Source: Epithemia pelagica
Lineage: Eukaryota > Protista > Bacillariophyta
Length of the DNA: 64,000 nt
Assembly (NCBI GenBank): GCA_946965045.2
Contig: OX337233.1
Location: 1,984,001-2,048,000 of the forward strand
Reading direction: 5' to 3'
The first letter of the stretch is position 1; each line of letters begins with the position of its first letter. The notes under the pieces were generated by a model. That model saw only the letters and a list, made by a program, of their open reading frames with translations. It made no database searches and had not been told where the DNA came from. Made by a program: the position numbers and the translations under genes. Below, piece by piece: positions 40,681 to 50,761 of the stretch.

Positions 40681-41010
40681 CTCACACGACCTGCTAACTT
40701 AACTTTACCCCTTAAAGTCAAGTCACAAAAGTTAAGCGACTTAACTTCATCCACCAAAGTCATATCCAACCAACAAGCAACTTGACTTTATGCATAAAGT
40801 CACATTCCTGCAACAGGCAACTTGACTTCAGACATAAAGTCAACCATCTAGATCACAGTGACTTGACTTTAACAGTTAAAGTCAACCATCTAGATCACAG
40901 TGACTTGACTTTAACAGTTAAAGTCACAATTCTGAATGCACCGACTTGACTTTAAGCGCAACCGACCTGACTTTAAGTCGATGACTTTATGACTTTAAGT
41001 CGACTCAAGC
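40681..41010. repeat. Left subterminal repeat array of the hAT element
   Basis: Many (A)CTTGACTTTA/TAAAGTC motifs; 42-bp tandem duplicate from 40835 containing the palindrome GACTTTA-ACAGT-TAAAGTC. Confidence 0.9.
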
Positions 41011-41077
41011 ACGTATTCCACATTCCACACTCTGTACTCTGGACAATCGTATCGAGCAGCCAAAAGCAAAGGAAACC

Positions 41078-42892
41078 ATGAACCCTCCACATTGTCAGAA
41101 ACACCGACCATACGTTACAATATGCAGTTGTTGCAACATAAGCATCTCTCTCGAACATGCACCAATGTCACTTTTTGACCTTATGCTTTCAGAAATCGAC
41201 TCGGATTCACAAGAAGACTTTGAAGGAAGACTCGACTCCATAAAGAGCACACTGATTCTTTGGATGAATTGCGAGCAAGGCACAATCTCCGTAACTCCCA
41301 AAGATTTCGAATTGACCACCAGCCATACTTGCCAAACCCATTTTTGGTATACATTTGAAGAGATTTTTGAGAAGGCCTCGCTTCTTATGTATACAGCAAT
41401 GTTTGCAATACCGAAATCAAGTCATCTTTCAGAATACAAATATCAATGCAAACCGCTCAAAGACAATCTCCCTTATATTCTCCTCAAGTTCTCCTGCAAT
41501 CCGACATTCTCTGTTTCTCAAGATGCAACATTCCTTGAGTGTTGCAACTTTGTTGAAGACCTCATCAACGAATCTCCATCATCTCCATTGAACCATGATG
41601 AAATCACTGATGCCTTTCATACTTGGATCACTCATCACGATGGCCGAATCCTTGTTTCATCATCGGGGTCTTCCATTCGGACTTTCCCCCCTTCCATTCG
41701 CCCCTTAGTTCAATGCATTTCCCAGTCCATTCTAGAAGCCATCGTCAACAGTCAATCCAAGGATGATTTCAACCAGAATACTATTACTGACGAGGTTGAA
41801 GACCTGGAACAACAACAACCACTACAACAACCTGCACAGTCTCAGACCAAAAAGGGAGATACATCCTCCCCAATGACAAACAAGGATACAAAAAATTCCC
41901 CCAACAGCCTGATGTCAGCCTATGTTCCCAAAACACGACGACAATGTGCACAGATGGCATTACTACTGAAGAATGCTGCAAGTTCGAAACAAAGCATACA
42001 ATACAACAATGGAAAACGACATCTTCCTGGAACCAGACCGAAAACCAATCCACCACAAGCATTCAGAAAAAAACTTCCCGACATTCCTGGTACAGCTATT
42101 ATTTCTAGCCGGATACAACTACTAGAAGACTTTGCCACCCTACACAAGAAATTCCAAGAGGACAATCTACAAAGTCCCAGAGATGATTGGGAAAAGTGGA
42201 TTGACGATTACATTTCGGTTGACAAGGATTCGGACCGTGCTTTTATGTGCCTTATCGTTATACTCATGAGCTCAAGTACTTCGGACCGTCAACTCTCTTC
42301 CCTTGTACCTGATCTGTTCAAACTTGGACTTACTTCATCCAAAGCGACAATTGAAATTGCAAAGAAGTATGGAATGGATGCACTTTGCAGTGTGTTGTCT
42401 CCATCTGGCCGGTACTATGACAACGCCGAACGCATAGTGAATGCCGCTGATTACTTCATTTATTTTCATCATGGTCGCATTTCACCTACGATAAGTCTCA
42501 ACGAGCTTCAATGCATTTTTGGCATTGGACACAAGACTGCTTCCATTGTTCTGTCATTTGCTTTCAATCGACATGAAGGCATACCAAGTGACACTCATGT
42601 AATGCGATGCTGTAAAGTACTTCACTGGATTCCAAGTTACGTTACGGATGGCTTGGAATCCTCTCTGATCCTCCAGTCATGGCTTCCAACCCAGTACTGG
42701 CACATTGTCAATCCGGTATTTGGTGCGTTTGGACAAATTCTCTCTACCAAACAAACCTCTGAATTGTCATTCATGATTCTTATCAGCCATGTCTGTCCGA
42801 GAGAAGACGACGTGATACAAGAAACCAACCGTAAGAACAACCTGCACTACATCTATGTCGAGCTGATTAAAGAATACCAAACCTGGAGTTGA
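41078..42892 (+). CDS. HhH-GPD DNA glycosylase/AP lyase (Endonuclease III/NTH1-like) with unknown N-terminal region; transposon cargo
   Basis: ILMSSSTSD, ELQCIFGIGHKTA (HhH, Lys codon 42533-42535), GIPSDTHVMR (Asp codon 42590-42592), WLP...VNPVFGAFGQ. The 4Fe-4S Cys motif is absent. Confidence 0.88.
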   Translation: MNPPHCQKHRPYVTICSCCNISISLEHAPMSLFDLMLSEIDSDSQEDFEGRLDSIKSTLILWMNCEQGTISVTPKDFELTTSHTCQTHFWYTFEEIFEKASLLMYTAMFAIPKSSHLSEYKYQCKPLKDNLPYILLKFSCNPTFSVSQDATFLECCNFVEDLINESPSSPLNHDEITDAFHTWITHHDGRILVSSSGSSIRTFPPSIRPLVQCISQSILEAIVNSQSKDDFNQNTITDEVEDLEQQQPLQQPAQSQTKKGDTSSPMTNKDTKNSPNSLMSAYVPKTRRQCAQMALLLKNAASSKQSIQYNNGKRHLPGTRPKTNPPQAFRKKLPDIPGTAIISSRIQLLEDFATLHKKFQEDNLQSPRDDWEKWIDDYISVDKDSDRAFMCLIVILMSSSTSDRQLSSLVPDLFKLGLTSSKATIEIAKKYGMDALCSVLSPSGRYYDNAERIVNAADYFIYFHHGRISPTISLNELQCIFGIGHKTASIVLSFAFNRHEGIPSDTHVMRCCKVLHWIPSYVTDGLESSLILQSWLPTQYWHIVNPVFGAFGQILSTKQTSELSFMILISHVCPREDDVIQETNRKNNLHYIYVELIKEYQTWS

Positions 42893-43051
42893 CGCTAATT
42901 TTTTACTACTTACTAAGATTATTATGTTGTAATGACATCCGACATGTACTTTGTGTGTGATGTGATTGGTAGTGATAATTTGTGGGATATCCGTGATGTG
43001 ATTTTCTTGTTGTGATGATTCTCTTCTGATATGAATCTCTTGTCCTTTCCT

Positions 43052-46000
43052 CTACTTCTTAGTACGTGGACTTGTCCAAGTGCCCTTGCGTGCTGATGAG
43101 GATGGTGATGCTGAGGACTCCTTTGATGCGGCTGCTGGCTGCTCTTGTTCCGTAGTATTCTCTGTTGTTGGAGGTGGTTTCTTTTTGGGAAACGCCTGTT
43201 GTAGTTTTGTTTGCCTTCGCTTTGATGGATTCTTCGACGACCGACTTCCCTTTGAACCTGGTGCCTTTCGGGCTCTTTTCTGTTTCTGTGTCGTCGAACT
43301 GGAAGCTGCACTGGTTGGGGTTGCATCAACAGAGCCTTTCCTCTTCCTGGCTGACGATGATGGAGTCTTCATAGAGTTGCCAGTTCCATTCTCTGATACT
43401 TGATTGTTATTGGGTGCTTCCTCCTTATCAGTATCACCTCCGATTACTGACGCATATGCTTTCAGTGTTTCCTTTTCTTCTCTGGCTACAGTGACCAGAG
43501 CAAAATCCGAGTCATCTGTGGTTTGGTAAGTTCGTCCTCTATCCATCATCTCCACCTGGTCAATGTCGGTCATATCAACGATGTCCAAAATTTCGACACT
43601 ATCAACAGATCGGTCATCAGCAACCTCGTCGTTGTCGTTCGCACTAAACTTATAAGGTTCCATAACAATCCCTTCGTCCAGACTGTTACCCTTGTCCAAG
43701 TGCTCTTGATATGAGTTGGTGGCTCGTACGATCTGTTCCATACGCAACATCTCTCCTTGTGTTGAATCTTCTGAAAGTTGCCCGATAGGTACTTGATGCT
43801 TCTTAGCCTGTGTCTTTGTCTCTTCATCCTGTGTTGGCTTCACACCCCCTGTTGTGGGGACTGATCGTGCTTCATCTTCTTCATCTTCAGTCCACCACTG
43901 AGAGTCGTCGACCACGACTACTGCGTCCTCATCACCACCCCCCTCCGCTTCTCTCTTCTTCTTTTCGTCATCCATGATCTCTTTTTCCCTTTTCCAGATG
44001 AGTTCCACCAGAGGTCTTGTAAGACAACCCAATGTGCGCATCTCGAAGTTCTTATCCAGTTGCCGATTCATCCGCTTGTTGGCATCCATCAATGAGGCCG
44101 TAGAAAAAACACGCTCTTGGAACGCATTTGTGGCGGGCTTGGCAGTCCAGATTATCGCCGTGGGAAAAATTTGAGGAAAGCGATCTTTGAAGATTGCCCA
44201 CCACGAAAGGACGTCAAAGTACTTTCCAACTCGGCTGAATAGTAACTTGTTACATGCAACTTTGAATCGGCTCCATTGTTTTGGTGTCCAAGTAGCTGAT
44301 TCTTTTCGAAACACTGCTGAAGGGAACTTTCTGATGTGACTTTCCCAAGAGCTCTGTACCATTCTCTCACTGTAGTCCATAAACTGCCCGAATTCATCGT
44401 TTATTTTCTCATATAGCTTGTCTCGAAGAACCTGTTTGTTGTTTTGACCGCCATTGCCTCCAGTAGTCATTCGCCGTGCATTTGCCTCACGATCTTGTGC
44501 TGCTTTATAGGAAGCAAATATGTTGAAGGCGTCGTCCTCTGACACTTCGGAATCATTATCGTTGTTGTCGTTGCCATCATTTGGGACTTGATTCGCCACT
44601 TCTTGTCCCCTAACATCAACAGTCACTTGCTGTGTCGTTTGAGTTGTCCCTTCTCTTGGGATCACTAGTAACCTGTCAACACAGTCATTGACATATTGCT
44701 CTCTAATTCGTTTGATATCTCGATCGTCGTAGATGTTGTTGTGTTTGAGAATGCTTGGAGCCAATTTGCATAGGAAGGGATGGCCCAGCATGGCATTCTC
44801 ACCATGTATATCTTGTCCCTCCTCCATATAGTTGCGATATTCGATGAGCAACCGTTTGATCAGTAGCTGCGAAGAAGGTAGGAGCTTGTCATAGGGGATC
44901 TTTTTCCTCTTTGACTGTAGAGCGTCCATGGTCATCTTGGCATCCCACCTGGGAAGATTCTCATTGTCGTCCACGTTCAACATCAACACCCGAACACCGT
45001 CTTGTTTCATTCTCTTAATGACATGCTTCGAGTTGAAAATTTCTAATAGGGCAGCAGCTGAGGCAGATGGATCGTCAGATTGTAAAGTCATTGCACACGT
45101 TTTCAGAGGTGCTAGAATTGACTCGAACTGTGACATTGCTTCCCAGTCTTCTTTCTTGGGATATCTGTTCCGGAATTCCTTATCCTTGTTGTCAAGGCAG
45201 CAGTGGTGGTAATATGCGTCGGTGACGTGCTTGATTCGTATGAAACCATGGAACATGATACCACAGCCTCCCACACGTGTTTGGTTGGGCATGGGTATCT
45301 CGATTATAGCTTTCCCATTCTTTTCGGCATAGTCTTTTACAAGGTCGAAACGTTTTGCCCGACTGCTCATGAGCCATGATCCGAATTTGAGGAAGATCTT
45401 GTACACGCGTAGAAAACTTGGATTCTCGTCAATAACTTCACCCCTTCGTTTACGGATGGCTATTCCAGTAGCATGTTTCAAAATCAGTTCCGCGCGATGC
45501 ATGTCGCATTTGCCGCCTGTTTTGTTGCCAAGAATGTATTTTCCTGCAAGAACCGCTGAGTTTGTGTTGTCGTTTACGCTTGCACATAGGTCTTTCCGCG
45601 TGAATCCAACAGAGTGCAAGATTTTGAGAGTATGCGTGGCAACCTGTTGAGCTGTGTGACCTTTTGTAGTACATAGGCCAACCGGAATCTTGTAGTCGAT
45701 ACAATTTCTGGGGTCGATGAATGTAACAACAACTCCAAGGACGTCCTTCTTATTTCCTTGCCAAATATCATGGCATACAGAGGCGAAGGGTGTTTGATTA
45801 TTGTTGCAGACACGTTTGTATGCGCTTCGAACATTCCGGCAAAGCATAGCAATGGTCTTCAAAAACTCATTATATGACAACAGTCGCATCTTTGTTATGG
45901 CTTTGTTGCTGATGACAACATCTTGGCTACTCAGCCTTGGGGCGTGCTTGATAGTAAAGGACAGTAGGTCTCGAAAGTTTGGTTTCTCCACAGTGGAAGC

Positions 46001-46933
46001 AGGGAAACCATTGTCATTGATAAACTCATAGACCTTTGTCCGAAATGTTTGGACCGTTTCTTCCCTTGACTTCATTGGTTGGGAATACGAAGACATCAAG
46101 GGTTGTTTGGAATTTTCGAGAAGCGGTTCGCTTTTCTTTTCGGGAAGTTCTTCGTGCACTCGTAGATTGTGCTGTCCGATATTAGATGATACTCCATCGG
46201 TGCAAAGAATTGTCGCTTTAAGGAGTGGAGAGCTGGCATTGTCAAAGCATCTCGGACATACAAAAAGTCGCTTGGCAATTGATTCATAAACCTCTTCTTG
46301 AGGGTCGACTTCTGAAGCTTCATCCAGTATTTCGAAACAGCGAAGTATACCTCCCATTGTCTCAAGTTCATTGACTGTTATTTCAGTCTTCAGTCTTCGC
46401 TTCAACGATCGAATGTGAGCGAAATCGACATGATGAACTGTCCACCATTTAGTGCCGGTCTTCTTGAATATTGACTTGGGTGGTGAACGGAACTTAATGT
46501 AGGATTTTTCTTTTTGGATCGCTCTGAGGTGATCAGCTGTAACATCTTGAACCTCATCATCTGCTGCGTCTTGGCCTTGCTCTGTTTCTGTTGAAGCAGC
46601 CGGGCACTCTGCGACATCGGCATCTGCTGTAACTGTAGAAGTGTTGTTAAGGACAGCCTCTTCCTCTTCCCCTTGGTTCGAAGATGAAGCTGGAGCACCA
46701 GAAGCTTGCTTCGAAGGGGACATGGTGTCCGACGACGTACTGGATAAGGTTGATAAAGATCTGCTGGGGCTTTGGCGGAGTTCTATCTGTTGAGTTAAGG
46801 ACAAACGACCACACAGGCCAAATGACATGAACCCGTCTCCCCCAGTGTTGACACAGTGGAGGTGCAGAAATGGAATGTATGGTGTGGGGACGAGATGTGT
46901 GTATGTGGTCGTTTGGAATATTGGGTCATTCAT
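43052..46933 (-). CDS. hAT transposase (BED finger, DDE catalytic core, C-terminal dimerization region, long acidic/basic tail)
   Basis: FVCPRC...NIGQHNLRVH; SVCHDIWQG (D); SVNDNTN (D); CDMH (CxxH); PNQTRV; WW...FPQIF...PATNAFQERVFS (E). Start may be 46723. Confidence 0.93.
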   Translation of the reverse strand: MNDPIFQTTTYTHLVPTPYIPFLHLHCVNTGGDGFMSFGLCGRLSLTQQIELRQSPSRSLSTLSSTSSDTMSPSKQASGAPASSSNQGEEEEAVLNNTSTVTADADVAECPAASTETEQGQDAADDEVQDVTADHLRAIQKEKSYIKFRSPPKSIFKKTGTKWWTVHHVDFAHIRSLKRRLKTEITVNELETMGGILRCFEILDEASEVDPQEEVYESIAKRLFVCPRCFDNASSPLLKATILCTDGVSSNIGQHNLRVHEELPEKKSEPLLENSKQPLMSSYSQPMKSREETVQTFRTKVYEFINDNGFPASTVEKPNFRDLLSFTIKHAPRLSSQDVVISNKAITKMRLLSYNEFLKTIAMLCRNVRSAYKRVCNNNQTPFASVCHDIWQGNKKDVLGVVVTFIDPRNCIDYKIPVGLCTTKGHTAQQVATHTLKILHSVGFTRKDLCASVNDNTNSAVLAGKYILGNKTGGKCDMHRAELILKHATGIAIRKRRGEVIDENPSFLRVYKIFLKFGSWLMSSRAKRFDLVKDYAEKNGKAIIEIPMPNQTRVGGCGIMFHGFIRIKHVTDAYYHHCCLDNKDKEFRNRYPKKEDWEAMSQFESILAPLKTCAMTLQSDDPSASAAALLEIFNSKHVIKRMKQDGVRVLMLNVDDNENLPRWDAKMTMDALQSKRKKIPYDKLLPSSQLLIKRLLIEYRNYMEEGQDIHGENAMLGHPFLCKLAPSILKHNNIYDDRDIKRIREQYVNDCVDRLLVIPREGTTQTTQQVTVDVRGQEVANQVPNDGNDNNDNDSEVSEDDAFNIFASYKAAQDREANARRMTTGGNGGQNNKQVLRDKLYEKINDEFGQFMDYSERMVQSSWESHIRKFPSAVFRKESATWTPKQWSRFKVACNKLLFSRVGKYFDVLSWWAIFKDRFPQIFPTAIIWTAKPATNAFQERVFSTASLMDANKRMNRQLDKNFEMRTLGCLTRPLVELIWKREKEIMDDEKKKREAEGGGDEDAVVVVDDSQWWTEDEEDEARSVPTTGGVKPTQDEETKTQAKKHQVPIGQLSEDSTQGEMLRMEQIVRATNSYQEHLDKGNSLDEGIVMEPYKFSANDNDEVADDRSVDSVEILDIVDMTDIDQVEMMDRGRTYQTTDDSDFALVTVAREEKETLKAYASVIGGDTDKEEAPNNNQVSENGTGNSMKTPSSSARKRKGSVDATPTSAASSSTTQKQKRARKAPGSKGSRSSKNPSKRRQTKLQQAFPKKKPPPTTENTTEQEQPAAASKESSASPSSSARKGTWTSPRTKK

Positions 46934-47003
46934 TCATTCATGTTTACTCTGTGTTTTTCTATGCGGGGTGGATCGTATATCGTGTATCGATCCTCGTGTA
47001 CGA

Positions 47004-47257
47004 AGTCAGTCTTGAAGTGAGTGTGACTTGACTTATGTAGACAAAGTCACTATCATGTAGACAGTGACTTGACTTTACGGTTAAAGTCAAGTAGCTACAG
47101 AGGCATGACTTGACTTTACGGTTAAAGTCGGGTAGATAATAGGGGTGACTTGACTTTATGGTTAAAGTCATGTAGCTATGCAGGGATGACTTGACTTTAA
47201 GTGATAAAGTCGTCGTAAAGTCAACGATAAAGTCGTGAAGTCAGAAATGTCTAAAGT
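47004..47257. repeat. Right subterminal repeat array of the hAT element
   Basis: About four ~40-41-bp units beginning (G/A)TGACTTGACTTTA and containing GACTTTA-N4/5-TAAAGTC, plus scattered AAAGTC motifs. Confidence 0.9.
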
Positions 47258-47466
47258 TTGACTTCCAAACCCTGATAGTGACCCATCTTTGTCGAGGCTC
47301 CAAAAAGCTAGGAATACTACCTATCAATACATATTGAGAAAAAAAAAGGAAAAAGAAAAGGATCTTCGGAAAAACCGCCCGATTTTCAACAGCACCTACA
47401 ACTGCCTACCGACAAGGAAGTGGCTCCCGAGCACCCGGCGGGTTTGGGTGCTACGTTCTCCCTTGA

Positions 47467-48251
47467 GGCCCTGCGTCCAGGGAATGTGTTTTCGAGGTCT
47501 GAAATCGAGTTTCGAGTTTTGAGGTGGGGCTCTGTCCCTACCTTGAAACAACGATCTGGATGTACGTGTCCAGGTAAAAACTGTATTTTCGAGTTTCGAG
47601 TTTCGAGTTTTATTTTTCAATACTCGTGCACTCCCATGCTTCCCCCCTACCGGCGCATGAACGAGCACAACGGCAATTGACAATGACGACAAACAAATGT
47701 CGCTTGAGTACTCCTAATTCCTAATATCACATTGCATAACGGGAGAAGGTAGAATATTTGTAGAGCCCGTCCATGGAGCAGGATGCGGGCTTTGTTCCGT
47801 AACCATGTCATCTATGGAGAGATGAGAACTATTTGCTTTTGACAATTGACAGTGGTTGTGACCATTACTTCCATGGCAGCGACAGGTTAATAATACTTGC
47901 TTATTTTCTAGAGAAGCTCCTACTTATATCACATCAATCATTGTGCTACTATTGTCTATGATGGACAAGAGAGATTGCCTCGTTGTTGTTGTCGGAGAGA
48001 TCGAAATGAGAGACAGAGAGCCCGGCGGCTGAAAGGTGGGTTTTGTAGGAGCGCGTGGGGCTCTTTGCAAACCTCGAAACTCGAAACTCGATTTCAGAAT
48101 CTTGGCAAGGTCGTTGGGGGATTGCCAAGATTTGGGGGATTCGAGGTTGTGTTTTCGAGTTTTCAAGGGGACCATAACCACCTATTGGCTCAACCTCGAA
48201 ACTCGAAACTCGATTTCAGAACTCAAAAACACATTCCCTGGACACAGGCCC
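47467..48251. mobile_element. MITE, PIF/Harbinger(Tourist)-like, 785 bp
   Basis: ~60-bp TIRs (GG(C/G)CCTG(C/T)GTCCAGGGAATGTGTTTT...GAAATCGAGTTTCGAG), about 90% identical by eye. 3-bp TSD TGA at 47464-47466 and 48252-48254. Internal TCGAGTT heptamer runs; no transposase. Confidence 0.85.
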
Positions 48252-48720
48252 TGAGTAAATCCCCGGGAACTCCATCCCCTGACCCCGCTATCATTAACAG
48301 CCTAGGTAGCTTTGTCAGCTAAACCACTGCGGCAACACCACATCTCGGAAAATTATGCGTCCTAAACTTCCACTACAAACTGCAACACGGACCGAATGAC
48401 CGAGCCGTAATCTGGAGGAGAAACAACAACAACGTTCTGTCCCATTGCTGCTGTGTTGAAATTGCCTTAAAAGCTTGTTCCGTCTCGGATTGCACTACAG
48501 ATAGATTATCAACAAGCTAGCCTTTCTCGTCCTAGAGAGGTCGCGTCAATGTCCCAAAAGGCGAGGTTGTTCGTCCAAACATCATCCAAGATTTCGGGGA
48601 GGCAACGTGTTCTCGTAGGACAGAATTCAGGTCTCAGCGTATATCGACAACCGATTAGGCGTAAGAAAGTGCGCCGGTCAGTTGGATGGCACGTATCTTT
48701 AATTAATTTTGGTCCTGATG

Positions 48721-49058
48721 TCGGAAATCTGGTCCCGATCTCGGAATTCGGGTCGATCTCGTAATTCGGGCCAGATCTCGGAATTCGGGTCGATCTCGTA
48801 ATTCGGGCCAGATCTCGGAATTCGGGTCTTTACTCTGAAATAAAGAATACTTTTGTCGGAATTCGGGTCGATCTCGTAATTCGGGCCAGATCTCGGAATT
48901 CGGGTCGATCTCGTAATTCGGGCCAGATCTCGGAATTCGGGTCTTTACTCTGAAATAAAGAATACTTTTGTCGGAATTCGGGTCGATCTCGGAATTCGGG
49001 CCAGATCTCGGAATTCGGGCCAGATCTCGGAATTCGGGCCAGATCTCGGAATTTGGTC
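48721..49058. repeat. Higher-order CpG-rich minisatellite
   Basis: Alternating 18-mer GATCTCGGAATTCGGGTC and 19-mer GATCTCGTAATTCGGGCCA, with a 27-bp AT-rich spacer repeated at a 115-bp period; ends in homogenised GATCTCGGAATTCGGGCCA units. Confidence 0.92.
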
Positions 49059-49702
49059 TTTCCGTTGAACGGTTTTCAAGTTGCCATGCCTGCTTGCAAT
49101 ATCCTGTTTGACAGGTCAACTCGGCTCTCTAATGACTAGATAGCTAGGAGTACTATTAACCATTATCGAAATTCAGGGTTTTAGCTATGGAATGGGAACA
49201 CTATCTACTTCAAGGAATGATTAACTAGGATAGGTTGTGCTATGGCTTTTGTCTGACTTCTTGTCCGGACTCGACAGGTCATTGGCAAATCTCTTGGCAG
49301 CCTCTCGTCCGAGACGGGACCAGCTTTTAAGGCAATTTCGTGGCAGTTGTTCCGTCCGTCCTCGTGTGGTTCGAACCAACACACACACACACACTACCTA
49401 GTGCCGCCAAACTGGTGTTGGAACTGCGCCGTGTCTCACATTCATGCACATGTCCTGCCGCCCCAAAGGACCTGGGGGTCGTCCTCCTCACTGTAGAGTC
49501 ATGACGACGACAACCTCTAGGAACAAGATACGCCACATTGGACGGTTTGGACCATTCTAGACCGGAACCGTCGTTGACAGGATTCCGCAAATTACTACAA
49601 ATCATATATTCTACATCCTTTGCTTCCGGCAAGGATCAGCGGTATTGTGAAAATGTCAACAAACTGCATCCTGGTTCAAGACGATAAAACCCCAAGGACG
49701 CT

Positions 49703-50761
49703 CTACGACGAAATTGGTTCGGTCGCAGAAGTACTAGTACTACTACAAGCACGGGGAAGGACCGTCCAGGATCGTACCAATTGAACCATGGGTCCCGTCA
49801 TTCCCCCCAAGGACGATTTGGTGGTGGTGGTTGTTGCAAGACGACTTGTCCTCCTGGTGGTGGTGGTTGTCGTCTCTACTGTAGCAAAGGTGTCGAGGGT
49901 CGCCTCTTCCAACCACAAGGAATCGTCTTCCAGGTCATAGTCATCCACACCACCACCACAGACGCAGGGCATTTCGTGTTCCGCCACAATGGAAAAGGAG
50001 GCATCGTCGTCCTCCCACCATTGGAGTGGTGTGACACGACGACGACGACCCTTGGTGTGAGACTCTTCCTTCTTCTTCTCCGTCTTGTCGTCGTCGTCGT
50101 GGTTGTCGTCTTGCAGAGAGGGACGGTTCCTCCGAGACGAAGAAGAAGACGACATCGAATAACGATTGGACTCTGGGTCCTGTTGGGCTGTCTCACGGTG
50201 CATCTTGGTGGGTGTCACTGGAATCACCGCATCGGATTGGAGCAACCGGCGGCGATGCTTGTTCCACAATGATGACATGCGTTGAACCCATCCATGGTGA
50301 ACACTCGTCGTCGCACCACTCGGTGCCCGAGTCTCGACGACGACCGTCGTCTTCTTTTTCTTGTTCTTGTTGGGGTCGTGGTGGGCCACGGGACATTGTC
50401 GTGGTGGTTGGTCCAGTCGTTGGGGGGTCGTCCGAGCCGAGCTACTTGGAGTTGTGGTTGTTGTGGTCCTTGTACTCATGACATGGACTCGAAGAAAGGG
50501 ACTCTTGTTGTTGCTGCTGCTGCTGGTGGTGGTGACCCCCTGGTTCTTGTGACGACCGGCCTTGGGGGACAATGGTGGGGAGTGGGACGACACCAATGGC
50601 TCCTTGTTCTTCTTCTTGTGGTGGTGGTTCTTTTTGGGAGGAGCCGCATCGTTGTTGGAGACAATTCGGACATGGACCGTGGGTGTCAAGGCAATGACCG
50701 TCGAGTCCGAGGAAGAAGGTGATACCATGTTTGTGGTTGTGGATGGATGGTGGTGCCACAA
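49703..50761 (-). CDS. Hypothetical low-complexity protein
   Basis: 352-aa Ser/Thr/His-rich ORF with the same codon style as other genes here; no recognisable domain. Confidence 0.4.
   Translation of the reverse strand: MWHHHPSTTTNMVSPSSSDSTVIALTPTVHVRIVSNNDAAPPKKNHHHKKKNKEPLVSSHSPPLSPKAGRHKNQGVTTTSSSSNNKSPFLRVHVMSTRTTTTTTPSSSARTTPQRLDQPPRQCPVAHHDPNKNKKKKTTVVVETRAPSGATTSVHHGWVQRMSSLWNKHRRRLLQSDAVIPVTPTKMHRETAQQDPESNRYSMSSSSSSRRNRPSLQDDNHDDDDKTEKKKEESHTKGRRRRVTPLQWWEDDDASFSIVAEHEMPCVCGGGVDDYDLEDDSLWLEEATLDTFATVETTTTTTRRTSRLATTTTTKSSLGGMTGPMVQLVRSWTVLPRACSSTSTSATEPISS

Larger units (their letters stand above)
40664..47274 (-). mobile_element. Complete hAT-superfamily DNA transposon (6611 bp) with a cargo gene
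   Basis: TIRs CAGGGTATAGAAGTCAA (40664-40680) and reverse complement of CAGGGTTTGGAAGTCAA (47258-47274), 15/17 identical. 8-bp TSD ATAGTGAC at 40656-40663 and 47275-47282. Intact hAT transposase and subterminal repeat arrays. Confidence 0.96.

Noticed and set aside
40642-42892. Functional operon-like coupling of the glycosylase and Pol X
   Set aside because: The TSD shows that the glycosylase arrived with the transposon; a single adjacency cannot support co-function.
48721-49058. CRISPR-like repeat-spacer appearance
   Set aside because: The 'spacers' are identical, the monomers are directly adjacent, no cas genes are present and the context is eukaryotic.
48703-49119. 138-aa repetitive ORF
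   Set aside because: Translation of the minisatellite; no evidence of coding function.
48533-49131. Possible TIR (TAGAGAG/CTCTCTA) enclosing the minisatellite
   Set aside because: Only 7 bp match, further similarity is out of register and there is no TSD.
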